A DNA stretch of 48,137 nt from a virus (taxonomy: Duplodnaviria; Caudoviricetes), in the IMG/VR virus record IMGVR_UViG_3300011438_000004, positions 1 to 48,137 of that record; one strand, given 5' to 3'. The notes under the pieces were generated by a model. The model saw nothing but the letters and a program-made list of their open reading frames with translations. It was not told the origin of the DNA and ran no database searches. Every line of letters begins with the position of its first letter. Positions within the stretch are counted from its first letter, which is position 1. Shown here in pieces: positions 37,655 to 47,200 of this stretch. A program made the translations under genes and the position numbers.

Positions 37655-38191
37655 ATGAAAATCGTAGGAATTGTAATCGGTCACGGACCGAAAATCGACA
37701 CGGGCGCCGTCTCAGTCGACGGAAACGAAACCGAACTTGCTTGGAATAGAGAACTTGCATTCTACATTTGTAAGTTTTCCGAAAAATTCGATGCTGCACT
37801 AATCCACCGCAAGGTCGAAAAACTTCCTCCATACGCTGAAGTTAACTCTCTTCATTGTGACCTTGCAATCGAACTTCATCTAAACTCCTCTGACCCTGCT
37901 GCAACTGGGTCTGAAATGATTCACTATGCTGGATCAACCAAAGGCAAACAATTCGCTGAGCTACTACTCACTGCGGCAGTCTCTACTCTCAAACTCAAGA
38001 ACCGGGGGGTCAAAACTCCTTGGCAAGGTCGGGGCAACGCGTTTCTCAAAAACACTCGTTGTCCGGCCGTAATCGTCGAATCTTTCTTTATCAACAACCC
38101 TAGCGACTTAGCTCGCGGCGCCGAAGTTCAAGAAGACCTCGCCAGAGCATACGTCCACTCCATTGATCAAATGGTTGAGGCCATTAGCTAG
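37655..38191 (+). CDS. Endolysin, N-acetylmuramoyl-L-alanine amidase (Amidase_3)
   Basis: IGHG..GAV..ETE, IELHLNS and PAVIVESFFINN give the Zn ligands and catalytic Glu. Confidence 0.9.
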   Translation: MKIVGIVIGHGPKIDTGAVSVDGNETELAWNRELAFYICKFSEKFDAALIHRKVEKLPPYAEVNSLHCDLAIELHLNSSDPAATGSEMIHYAGSTKGKQFAELLLTAAVSTLKLKNRGVKTPWQGRGNAFLKNTRCPAVIVESFFINNPSDLARGAEVQEDLARAYVHSIDQMVEAIS

Positions 38192-38198
38192 CCTCAAC
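38174..38198. repeat. Dispersed motif copy 7, double (palindromic) form GTTGAGGCCATTAGCTAGCCTCAAC
   Basis: Reads as the motif on both strands with one mismatch each. Confidence 0.9.
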
Positions 38199-38208
38199 TA
38201 TCCATCGA

Positions 38209-40221
38209 ATGATTCCCGAGGTTGATAAAGAACTTGGTATGGAAGTCCAGTCGGAGTTCCACAAGAAGATGCTTAAGCATTGTCTTGACCGGATCAAGTT
38301 GTCTCGGGACCATATGTCACGGTTCTATAGTGACTGGGATTTGTATGATGATGTGTATCAGGGGAAGAGGACGGTTCCTATAGATAAGCAGGACATTAAG
38401 GCAAGAGAGAGGAAGGAACCGGAGAAAATGGTGATTCCGTTGACCTACGCACAGGTGCAAGTGTTCATTGCGTTTCTGTTTCAGCTCTTTGGACAGAGAC
38501 CGAATTTTTATGAGATGTCGGGATCAGGCGCAGAAGACTGGAAAGCTGCGAAGATTGCGGAGTCTTTGTTACAGAGGGATTTGAATCACAACAAGTTTGT
38601 GGTTGTGCTTTATCAGTTCTTGTTGAACGTTGGTCGATTTGGGGTGGGTATTCTCAAGCATTCCTGGACTAAGGAAATGCAGAAACAATGGACCAAAAAG
38701 ACTGAACCTGCGATGCCGAGTTTATCAGGTGTTCCAATGTTTCCAAAAGAGAGTATGGTGCTTGAGGATTTGGTTAAGTTTCTCGGGAATGAGATACGAA
38801 TCATTTCGCCTTATAGGTTCTTTCCTGATGTTAATGTTCCACTGAATGATTTTCAGTCAGGTGAATATTGCGCTAGTGAAATTGACGTAACGCATATTTG
38901 GTTGCGGAGAATGGAACAGAGTGGAATGTTTGCTGGGACTAAGTGGATCAAAGAAATTCCGTCGGATGGCTGGGAGCGGAGAAATAGTCAGGGACTAAGA
39001 AGTCGGTGCAGATACGACATGATGGAAGGTAAGCAGAAGGGAGGAGTGATATTGACTGAGGTGCAAATTGATTTGATTCCTAATGAGTTTGAGATTGATG
39101 GAGGTAAAAAGCTTGGAACTGAAGACTATCCATTGAAGTATGTTTGTTGTGTAGCTAATGACAGCCGCATTATTAAGTGCGAGCCAATGAATTATTTGCA
39201 CAATAATTATACGTATTCGGTCGCTCAGATGTCGCCAGATGAGCATAGGGAGATGAACGCTGGTGTGGCGGAGTTGGTTAACGAGTTACAGGCATCAGTA
39301 ACGTGGTTGTTTAATTCACGTATTTTGAACGTTAGGCAGACTTTGCAGAATCGTTGGATTGTGGATCCGGAAGGGGTCGAAATGAGTGACCTTGCAGAAC
39401 GGAAGTCTATTGTCAGACTTAAGAAAGGAATGGCTAGGTCAGGAGTTGAGAGGTGGATTCAGCAGTTACCGATCAATGATGTGACTTCTGGGCATATTCA
39501 GGACGCAGAAACGTTAGGACAGGTCATTCAAGTTGTGACTGGAATCAACGAGAATGCACTTGGTCAGTATTCTAAGGGTCGTAGAAGCGCCGAACAGACC
39601 AAAGCAGTCAATTCTGGCGCGGCCTCACGGCTAAAAATGATAGGTTCTCTGCTTTGGGCACAGGGATTTGAGCCACTTGGAAGAGATTTGTTGTCGAACC
39701 TTAGAGATGGATTGGACGTTGAGCAGTTGGTGAGAGTAATAGGCCTGCAAGCAGTGCAACCTACTTCGCCTTACTCGGTCAATCAGCGTGACATGGCGCA
39801 GTTTTTGCCCGTAAGCAAGAAAGACTTGGTAGGAAACTATGACTTTGAGGCTCTTGACGGCACGCTGCCCAGCGAAAAGGGAGTCACCTCTGCGATGTTG
39901 CAGGAACTTCTCGTTGGAATTCTAACTAATCCTCAAGCCGCGGCAATACTAGGTCTCGACGCTCGGGCTCTTATGACCGAGATTGCGGAATTGAACGACA
40001 TTCGCAATCCAGAGAGGTTTTTCTTACAGCCTACACAACAACAAGCTATGCTTGGTATAGCGGCGCAAGCAAACAACCCACAAACTCAACAGATGATAGC
40101 CGCGCCTGCTGTCTCAGCTGGAGTTACTAGCCAAACTGCACAATTACCACAGGGTCCGATGGATTTGGCCGCTTTAGTTGGCGGGCCGGTTCAGTTGCCT
40201 GCTCTTCCTTTGACTGTATAA
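38209..40221 (+). CDS. Portal protein
   Basis: 670 aa upstream of scaffold/capsid; podophage portal-like features (ISPYRFFPD, VTGINENALG, RRSAE). Confidence 0.85.
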   Translation: MIPEVDKELGMEVQSEFHKKMLKHCLDRIKLSRDHMSRFYSDWDLYDDVYQGKRTVPIDKQDIKARERKEPEKMVIPLTYAQVQVFIAFLFQLFGQRPNFYEMSGSGAEDWKAAKIAESLLQRDLNHNKFVVVLYQFLLNVGRFGVGILKHSWTKEMQKQWTKKTEPAMPSLSGVPMFPKESMVLEDLVKFLGNEIRIISPYRFFPDVNVPLNDFQSGEYCASEIDVTHIWLRRMEQSGMFAGTKWIKEIPSDGWERRNSQGLRSRCRYDMMEGKQKGGVILTEVQIDLIPNEFEIDGGKKLGTEDYPLKYVCCVANDSRIIKCEPMNYLHNNYTYSVAQMSPDEHREMNAGVAELVNELQASVTWLFNSRILNVRQTLQNRWIVDPEGVEMSDLAERKSIVRLKKGMARSGVERWIQQLPINDVTSGHIQDAETLGQVIQVVTGINENALGQYSKGRRSAEQTKAVNSGAASRLKMIGSLLWAQGFEPLGRDLLSNLRDGLDVEQLVRVIGLQAVQPTSPYSVNQRDMAQFLPVSKKDLVGNYDFEALDGTLPSEKGVTSAMLQELLVGILTNPQAAAILGLDARALMTEIAELNDIRNPERFFLQPTQQQAMLGIAAQANNPQTQQMIAAPAVSAGVTSQTAQLPQGPMDLAALVGGPVQLPALPLTV

Positions 40222-40556
40222 TGATTATTCCTGATACTTCTCCAGTTCCTGACTGGATGCTTGAGTTAATGAGAGTGGCTCCGGACGAATGGCAAGAATG
40301 CGGAGACGAAGGGTCAGCAAAGAGGAGATTACTTGAACTTCAAACAGCGTTGACCAACCCAGATTTGTTATACGCTTTATGTCGAGTAGTATGTGGAACG
40401 TTTGACGCAGGAGCTAGCGTGGATAATCATATACTAAATGGACCACACGATGTTTTCAACCAACAACAATTAATCGGCGAGAAACGTGGACTTCGTCGAA
40501 TATTGGTGGAAATATCAGACATCCGCGAAAAACTACAAGCAGTTGCTAGAGTATAA
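40221..40556 (+). CDS. Hypothetical protein between portal and scaffold
   Basis: 111 aa; QQLIGEKRGL. Confidence 0.55.
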   Translation: MIIPDTSPVPDWMLELMRVAPDEWQECGDEGSAKRRLLELQTALTNPDLLYALCRVVCGTFDAGASVDNHILNGPHDVFNQQQLIGEKRGLRRILVEISDIREKLQAVARV

Positions 40557-40568
40557 CCAAAACAAATT

Positions 40569-41516
40569 ATGAGTGATCAAGCATTAGGGTCTAATCCCGG
40601 CGCAGTTACAGTGCCCGATTTTAACATCTTTTCTGAACCAGGAGTTAGCACTGATCCGAATGTGGCTAGTTCGGATACAGGAGCATCTCAAGCACAACCA
40701 GCTCCCAGTCAGCCTCCAGCGCAACCTGCGCCTACCACAACAGCGCCTCCCTCGACTGGGGCACCTCAACCACAGGTTCAACCAAACACAGTCCAGCCTC
40801 AAGTCACTCCGCCAGCGGTTGCTTTGACTCCTGAGCAACTGACTCAGTTTATTCAGTCAGTTCAAGGAACAGGTCAGCAAGCTTCGGCTGCTGAGATTCA
40901 ACCTACACCGGAAGAAGTCGATCAGCAATTTGCGGTTATTCGGCCATCGCAAGACCAGCTTGACACTCTATTCCGTGGGGGACCTCAAGCAGTTTCGACA
41001 ATGACTGAAATGCTTCATGGTGCCGCACGTATGGGAGCGACAATTGCGGCGCATCATGCGGTTGGACAATTAAAGAAGTTCAAAGAATACGTCGACGGTA
41101 AGTTAGGTCCTGTAACTCAAGCGACCGAGAAGCAGATGATGCAGGAGCACACCCAAGCGTTCTATCAACAATACGAACATTTGAAGCCTTACGAACCTGT
41201 ATTGGTTTCAGTCTACAACAATTTAGTATCGGCTGGTTACAAAGGAGCACCAGCAGAAGTTTACGCGAAAGTCGCAGAAGAGGCAACAAGACTGATACGG
41301 ACAGTAAATCCGAACTTTGGTCCACCTCAACAGCAGCAAGGACAACAGCCGCAAAACGGCGCAGTTACCAATCAACCTGCTCAACAACAACAACAAGTGA
41401 CACAGAAGCCCGTGAGCCAAATGACCGCGCTATCTATGGGTGGCGGAGGTTCTGGTGGGGCGGCCCCGAGTTCTGCTACGGGGACAAAGACTATGGCCGA
41501 GAATATTTTTGGTTAG
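40569..41516 (+). CDS. Capsid scaffolding protein
   Basis: P/Q-rich disordered ends and a helical core; directly upstream of the capsid gene. Confidence 0.7.
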   Translation: MSDQALGSNPGAVTVPDFNIFSEPGVSTDPNVASSDTGASQAQPAPSQPPAQPAPTTTAPPSTGAPQPQVQPNTVQPQVTPPAVALTPEQLTQFIQSVQGTGQQASAAEIQPTPEEVDQQFAVIRPSQDQLDTLFRGGPQAVSTMTEMLHGAARMGATIAAHHAVGQLKKFKEYVDGKLGPVTQATEKQMMQEHTQAFYQQYEHLKPYEPVLVSVYNNLVSAGYKGAPAEVYAKVAEEATRLIRTVNPNFGPPQQQQGQQPQNGAVTNQPAQQQQQVTQKPVSQMTALSMGGGGSGGAAPSSATGTKTMAENIFG

Positions 41517-41552
41517 GTCTTTTTGAGTCATAAATAACAGTAAAAACATACA

Positions 41553-42941
41553 ATGTCCATTCTAGGACTTCTGGACTCCGAGAAATTTGCCGCGCAACGT
41601 TTTAAGAACGTTCGGCGCTCGGTGTTCTATTTCTATCCAAACGGCGCTTCGCCAATGATTGGTTTGATCTCGTTGCTTGAGGACGAAGACACTAACGATC
41701 CTGAGTTTTCTTGGCACGAGAAAGTCAAGGATGATCAGCGGACGACGACAACCGGGAATACTACTGGTGTATTTATAACCAATACTGGTAGTAACGCTGA
41801 TGCGGCTAATCCATTCACGGTGGCTGCGGCAGGAACTCTACGAATCATTGTGGTTGATGCGACTAAGTTTCGTGTTGGTCATATTGTTCGTATTGGACCT
41901 GCCCCAGTTTCGACTGGAGGCACGGCGTATATTCAAGGTCATGTTTCCGCTGTCTATGGAGGCACTGGAGCAGGAGGTCTTACTGGCTCAGGCGGAACTC
42001 ACCAAGGCATCGACGTCAGACTTAACGAAGCCGCAACAAACATCTCAAATGCTGCGTCTTCAGTTGGGCTTGAAGTTCTAATTGTTGGTATGGCGGCTTC
42101 GGAAGGTCAGGTTGGTGCAGCTTCCACGAACTGGAATTTGCCAATCAATCCAGGTAACTACTGCCAGATTATGCGCACCCCGTTCCAACTTACTGGAACG
42201 GCCGCAAAAACCTCAGCTACATTTGACGAAACTGGGCCGTATAAAGACAAAGCTAAGGAAGCTACGATCAACCATAATCAAGAGATGGAGAAGAACTTCA
42301 TCTTTGGCAGGAAGTTCAAAACTACTGACGCCACAACCGGATTGCCTTTGCGGTTCACCGCAGGAGTTCTTTGGTTCTTGGAGCAGTGGGAGGTTGTAAC
42401 CGGCGGCGGAGCGCTGAATTCCTACAATCGTCTTGGAGCTACTGCTGACACTGACGACGATAAGCGAATCATCACCAATGCATCTGGAGTTGTCAACGAA
42501 AAGACCTATGATAAGTATCTTGAGCGTCTCTTCCGTGTAACTAACAATAAGACGAACGAAAAACTTGTCCTTTGTGGTTCTGGATTCTTGTTGGTTATGA
42601 ACCAGTTATATCGTACTAAGTCAGTGTTGAATGTTCAGCAAGGCACGAAGGAAACGACCTATGGCATGACCGTTGTGTCGCACCTTACGCCATTTGGAAC
42701 AGTCCACTATCGCACTCATCCGTTGTTCTCGGAGAACCCAACGCTTCGTTTCGCTGCGCTGTTTCTCGACATCCACAACCTCAAGTATCGCTATCTTCAA
42801 GGTCGCGATACTGCATTGCTCAAGCATCGTCAGCCAAACAATGCTGACTATCGTGAGGACGAGTTCCTCACCGAATGCGGCTTGGAACTGCGCCTTCCGC
42901 AGTCACACATGTTCATGCAGAACGTCCTCGACTACGCATAG
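41553..42941 (+). CDS. Major capsid protein (SU10/DUF5309-like)
   Basis: FSWHE, NYCQIMR..F.LTGTA, EMEKNFIFG, RFTAG, TPFGTV, TECGLE. Confidence 0.85.
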   Translation: MSILGLLDSEKFAAQRFKNVRRSVFYFYPNGASPMIGLISLLEDEDTNDPEFSWHEKVKDDQRTTTTGNTTGVFITNTGSNADAANPFTVAAAGTLRIIVVDATKFRVGHIVRIGPAPVSTGGTAYIQGHVSAVYGGTGAGGLTGSGGTHQGIDVRLNEAATNISNAASSVGLEVLIVGMAASEGQVGAASTNWNLPINPGNYCQIMRTPFQLTGTAAKTSATFDETGPYKDKAKEATINHNQEMEKNFIFGRKFKTTDATTGLPLRFTAGVLWFLEQWEVVTGGGALNSYNRLGATADTDDDKRIITNASGVVNEKTYDKYLERLFRVTNNKTNEKLVLCGSGFLLVMNQLYRTKSVLNVQQGTKETTYGMTVVSHLTPFGTVHYRTHPLFSENPTLRFAALFLDIHNLKYRYLQGRDTALLKHRQPNNADYREDEFLTECGLELRLPQSHMFMQNVLDYA

Positions 42942-42987
42942 GTCGAAGGAAATCGCAACGAACTTATATTACATCACATATCATAAT

Positions 42988-43188
42988 ATGGACCCTACAT
43001 CACGTAAAGTCAACCTCCGCGACCTTCAAATGTCTATGGACATGGGCAAAGACGTAAGAGACACAACAGTTCTCAGTGGAACAGCCACTCGCACCAAAGC
43101 CGAGAACGAGACAAACAAAACCGTTCAATACGAAAACAAAGGCGGGACCGCCGGCGATACGTGGGGCGGTATGAACAAAGCAAAATAG
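42988..43188 (+). CDS. Small hypothetical protein (66 aa, MDPTSRK...)
   Basis: ATG after the capsid stop; ends before the terminator. Confidence 0.5.
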   Translation: MDPTSRKVNLRDLQMSMDMGKDVRDTTVLSGTATRTKAENETNKTVQYENKGGTAGDTWGGMNKAK

Positions 43189-43197
43189 GAACAATTT

Positions 43198-43250
43198 GGG
43201 TGGGCCGGCGTTTGGTTATTGGTATTCTTGACGTCGGTCCACTCTTTGTT
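43198..43250 (+). terminator. Putative intrinsic terminator after the capsid operon
   Basis: 15-bp stem with G-U pairs (43198-43212 / 43230-43244) followed by TTTGTT. Confidence 0.6.
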
Positions 43251-43267
43251 CAACAAACTCATATACT

Positions 43268-43585
43268 ATGGCAACTCTTGCTGCAACAGCAGTAGTGATC
43301 AACGATCTTATACTTTTCGGCGGCCCCGCCGATAAAGACTTCAAACAATTGCAAGTTACTATAACCGCCAACACGCACGGAACTATAGCTAATCCAATGC
43401 CCGCAACAGCTTTTGGACTAACAAAAATTATTAGTTCGTCACCGTTAATGGCGTCAACAAACGACGAGTGTTATTATGCAGTTCCATCTCATGATGGAAC
43501 AAAACTACTTCCTATTGATAACACATCAACTGCTCCGGTAGATATTGTCGGCACTTTTAGGTGCATTATAGTTGGCCGAGAATAA
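43268..43585 (+). CDS. Small virion protein (possible capsid decoration)
   Basis: 105 aa, beta-rich; follows the capsid gene. Confidence 0.55.
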   Translation: MATLAATAVVINDLILFGGPADKDFKQLQVTITANTHGTIANPMPATAFGLTKIISSSPLMASTNDECYYAVPSHDGTKLLPIDNTSTAPVDIVGTFRCIIVGRE

Positions 43586-43613
43586 ATAACTAAACCTTCT
43601 ACGTTCACTGCCT

Positions 43614-44678
43614 ATGACTTATCCTGACTACCGGAATCAAATCTTAGGTTTTCTAAATCGGTCATCCAGTGACTTGATAGTCAATGGTGTGGACATGATA
43701 CTTGCCGCTACTAATAAAGCGCGTAGTCATGCCCAAAAGCTGTTGGACTTCGAGCCACTTCGGTGCGCGGTGGACGTAGATGTTAGTTATACTGCTGGCG
43801 GAGATTTGCGAACTGCAGTCTTAGCTGGAACCACAACTCCGGTTCGAGTCAATCGAATCGAGCGCGCGTTTGTTAATCTTGGTGGCGGGAATCTACGTCC
43901 GATCGAATTAACTGGACGATCTACATTCGCCAAAAGATTTGGTCGTATCTTTGACAACAATCAAAGCTGGACTGAATGGATTCGTAATCAATCCGTCTAC
44001 CTACCAACAACTCCAAACATTTATCGTCACGGTCACTTTCTTCATCCTTGGCCAGTGGCACAAAACCTTTTTGGTGTTGATCCGATTCCTTTGCAATTAG
44101 ACGTAGTTGCTTGGGCAGATGAGTTTGCGACTTCACAAGAACTTTCTGGTGATTTGGCTATGTCGGTTTCTGCTGGACCTTTAGCTGTGGGAAACTACAG
44201 CTTTTCTACAGTTGGTTCTTTGTATGGAAATAATCTATATAATGGAACTAGCCCTAATGGAATGTCAGTCTGGCTTTGGAAAGATCAGACTTTTCAATAT
44301 TGGAACGTTACTCCAGCCGTTAACGAAGGTTCTGACTATTGTTGGCGTTCTGCTGTTGCAGGACCTGGACTTTTTGGGCTTACCCAACCTTTAGTTCCAG
44401 TTGGATTCACGCCTTCCGGAACGTATTCGTTTAATCTTGCTCCTACTGGCTCAACTACTCAAACCTATCCTACTCTCTACGCCACCGACTTTTTCTTCGA
44501 CGACTGCGACGACTGGATGATGTTTTGGGTTCTTCGTCAACTCGAATACTTCAAGCGCGGAAACAATGAGCACTTTGTTATCACTCAAAAAATGCTTGAC
44601 GTTGCATGGGAAGCTGTAGTTTCCTGGAACAACTCAACATCAGACTCCTCAGCAGCAGAAGAATACAGCCTTGACTAA
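43614..44678 (+). CDS. Putative head-tail adaptor with an inserted beta-rich domain
   Basis: N-terminal MTY..YR..I..FLNR..LAATNKA adaptor-like helices and helical C-terminus. Confidence 0.6.
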   Translation: MTYPDYRNQILGFLNRSSSDLIVNGVDMILAATNKARSHAQKLLDFEPLRCAVDVDVSYTAGGDLRTAVLAGTTTPVRVNRIERAFVNLGGGNLRPIELTGRSTFAKRFGRIFDNNQSWTEWIRNQSVYLPTTPNIYRHGHFLHPWPVAQNLFGVDPIPLQLDVVAWADEFATSQELSGDLAMSVSAGPLAVGNYSFSTVGSLYGNNLYNGTSPNGMSVWLWKDQTFQYWNVTPAVNEGSDYCWRSAVAGPGLFGLTQPLVPVGFTPSGTYSFNLAPTGSTTQTYPTLYATDFFFDDCDDWMMFWVLRQLEYFKRGNNEHFVITQKMLDVAWEAVVSWNNSTSDSSAAEEYSLD

Positions 44679-44681
44679 TTG

Positions 44682-44700
44682 GTTGATGCTATTAACTAGC
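44682..44700 (+). repeat. Dispersed motif copy 8, GTTGATGCTA-TTAAC-TAGC
   Basis: One mismatch to consensus; intergenic. Confidence 0.82.
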
Positions 44701-44707
44701 TTATACT

Positions 44708-45343
44708 ATGCCATATACTTCTACTAATGATTGGGCAACAGTGGTTGAAACAACACCATTAGGGACTGAGTCTCCGAATGTTATTGATGACTCTATAAGA
44801 GAGACCCGAAAGGTTGCTAAGGCTACGGTAACGAAGTGTCATACGTCAATAGGTCTACATCGAGTTGCTTCTTGGAAGCACAATGTGACGGCAAATACTT
44901 CTGGTGGTGCGGCTAATACCTGGGTTCGTAGGCCAATGACTACAATTGTTGACGCTACTTCGTTGCTTGCTGCGGGGACATACGCTAATTCAATTAAACC
45001 AATAGCAGGAGTTTATGCGATTAGATTCTATGGTTTTGGCTTTGATTGTGACCAACTTATAGCGAGAATTGCACAAGCAACTGGAAATACGACTAGTCCT
45101 TCGGCATCGACTGAGATTGCTGATTTGTTAGGATGTATTGCGTTTGCGGACTCGGCACAACAAGTTGCGGGGGTTTCGCACGGTATGGGAATTTTGACTG
45201 CTGATGGGATTAAGTCGTATTGTTTTGACCAAATGAATGGAGCCGCATCAGCAGTTGCTGGGTGGGGATTAGTTCCTTTTGGGGGAGTGAACGCTCCGTC
45301 GTATAATACTGCTGCGGCAGTTGAATTTTTACTAATTGGCTGA
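44708..45343 (+). CDS. Tail/needle-like structural protein
   Basis: N-terminal TP.GTE.P..IDDSIRE motif typical of podophage tail proteins. Confidence 0.55.
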   Translation: MPYTSTNDWATVVETTPLGTESPNVIDDSIRETRKVAKATVTKCHTSIGLHRVASWKHNVTANTSGGAANTWVRRPMTTIVDATSLLAAGTYANSIKPIAGVYAIRFYGFGFDCDQLIARIAQATGNTTSPSASTEIADLLGCIAFADSAQQVAGVSHGMGILTADGIKSYCFDQMNGAASAVAGWGLVPFGGVNAPSYNTAAAVEFLLIG

Positions 45344-46962
45344 TGCTTAAACCAGCTTACATGTTTGATAAGGTATTAGGGATGTCGCAGGCGGCCGCTG
45401 CACATTTAATACCGCAAGACAAATGGTGGTTTACTTACAACGCTAGATTCCATAATGGTCGGGTGGAACAGACTCCGCCAATTGTGGTTCAGTTTACTGC
45501 TACTAGCGGATCGGTAGGGTCAATAACTGGATTAGTTCCATTTAGGTCAGCTACTTCGTCTTTATTGATTAGTTTGCATGGAGGTGGAGCAGACATTATC
45601 AACTTGGAAAGTAATACAACTACTGTAATTACTCAACCGGGAGGGTTTGCGACTGATGCTGATTCAATGTATCGTTGGTCTACTATTAGTCGAGACGGAA
45701 AGATTTACTATTCAAATTTACTAAATTCCGTTATTACGTATAATGGAAGTGGAGCGGCAACAACGTTAGTTGTTACAGGTATTGCTTACAAGGCGAAGTA
45801 TATAGAAGAGTTCTATGACCATTTGGTAGTAGCGAATGTCTTAGACGGATCGACTCCGTATCCTTTGCGAGTTGCGTATTCTGATATTACAGATTGGACT
45901 GATTTTGATCCGACGACGACAAATGAGGCTGATTTCTTTGAGTTGACTAGCAATGAATTGAATTCTTTGTATGGTTTGGGCATTACTGGATTGAAAAGGT
46001 TGGGTGAGGTTTGCGCAATATACACTCCAGGTTCGATTTGGAACATGCGCTATGTAGGATTCGACAACGGAGTGATGCAGTTTACTGAACAGATTCAGGG
46101 AATTGGTGCCTGGCTTCCGTATTCGGTTGTTGGATTGGACAGATACCATTTGTTCATTTCTGCTGATGATATTTACTTGTATGATGGAACGCAAGCAGTA
46201 AGTATTGGCGGAGACATACGAGATTTCTTTTACACTGATCTTTCTACTGATCCAGTTGTGAGGAATCGCACTTGGGGATTTATTGATGTTCTTAGGCAAG
46301 AGGTTAGATGGAACTATCCAAGCAGAGAGTCGACAATGTGTAATAAGTCAATTGTGTTCAATTGGCAGACTAAACATTGGTACGCAGAAAGCGCACAGTA
46401 TCGTTCGGCTTCTTTGGTTTCGGGCGTTGTTAGCAATAGTTATATTGACTTGCTTCCGTTGTCTAGTGCGACTATTGATGGACTGGCTGCGGTTTTTGCA
46501 ACAATTGATGGCATGGCAAATTCGAGTGTGTCGTCAGCTACTTTGTTTGCTGTTTCTACGGACAATAAGATTTATAGAGAAAGGTTACTAACTGATTCAA
46601 GTTCTGATTACCTTGAGAACGGAGAAACAATTTTAGAGACTGGAGACATAACGTTCGGCGATAATCAGGAAGTCAAAGAGATAGACACCATTCTATTTGA
46701 TGCAGAAGCTGCGCATGTAACTACGTCGACATCAACATCTAAGTTTGGATGGGAAATTTGGGTTTCTACGCGTGACTATATTTCAAGTTCCATTGAGTAT
46801 TCTTTGTATGGTTTGTTCGAAGGAACCGAAGTTCCTAAACGAGTAACCTCTCCAAGATTATCTGGACGAATCTTTAGGTTTAAATTCATTTCCAAGTTAA
46901 TTAACTTCTCAAAATTCTACGGGTTCGCCCCTAACGTCGATGCCGGGTCCACTGAAAGATAG
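45343..46962 (+). CDS. Tail nozzle/DNA-stabilisation protein (P22 gp10-like beta-propeller)
   Basis: HLVVAN..RVAYSD..DW, GITGL, DIYLYDG..SIG, EVRWNYP, FNWQTKHW, GRIFRFK. Confidence 0.75.
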   Translation: MLKPAYMFDKVLGMSQAAAAHLIPQDKWWFTYNARFHNGRVEQTPPIVVQFTATSGSVGSITGLVPFRSATSSLLISLHGGGADIINLESNTTTVITQPGGFATDADSMYRWSTISRDGKIYYSNLLNSVITYNGSGAATTLVVTGIAYKAKYIEEFYDHLVVANVLDGSTPYPLRVAYSDITDWTDFDPTTTNEADFFELTSNELNSLYGLGITGLKRLGEVCAIYTPGSIWNMRYVGFDNGVMQFTEQIQGIGAWLPYSVVGLDRYHLFISADDIYLYDGTQAVSIGGDIRDFFYTDLSTDPVVRNRTWGFIDVLRQEVRWNYPSRESTMCNKSIVFNWQTKHWYAESAQYRSASLVSGVVSNSYIDLLPLSSATIDGLAAVFATIDGMANSSVSSATLFAVSTDNKIYRERLLTDSSSDYLENGETILETGDITFGDNQEVKEIDTILFDAEAAHVTTSTSTSKFGWEIWVSTRDYISSSIEYSLYGLFEGTEVPKRVTSPRLSGRIFRFKFISKLINFSKFYGFAPNVDAGSTER

Positions 46963-47200
46963 CGAAAAGAACCTAACCGAGATTAGGTTGACTAAATCAA
47001 GAGGAAAGACAGCGCTTCCTCCTGATACTGTCATGCCGAAATATGTTCCAGATGTAGAAGATTCAGTGTTGCTAAAGGCGCACTTAGACCAGATTTTGAA
47101 AGCATTAACCGAATTGAGTAACCGAGTGCATTTGTCAGAGCAGAAGCTCAACCACATGCGAGTTACTCCAGTGACATTTGTAGTTACCTATCCACTGTGA
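46940..47200 (+). CDS. Hypothetical protein (coiled coil)
   Basis: 86 aa between the nozzle and GNAT-like genes. Confidence 0.5.
   Translation: MPGPLKDSEKNLTEIRLTKSRGKTALPPDTVMPKYVPDVEDSVLLKAHLDQILKALTELSNRVHLSEQKLNHMRVTPVTFVVTYPL

Noticed and set aside
30300-38100. Missing motif copy in the 9-kb gap (e.g. GTTGAAGCTA at ~31320)
   Set aside because: The candidates seen lack the N5-TAGC arm; no convincing copy was found by eye, and a PWM scan is needed
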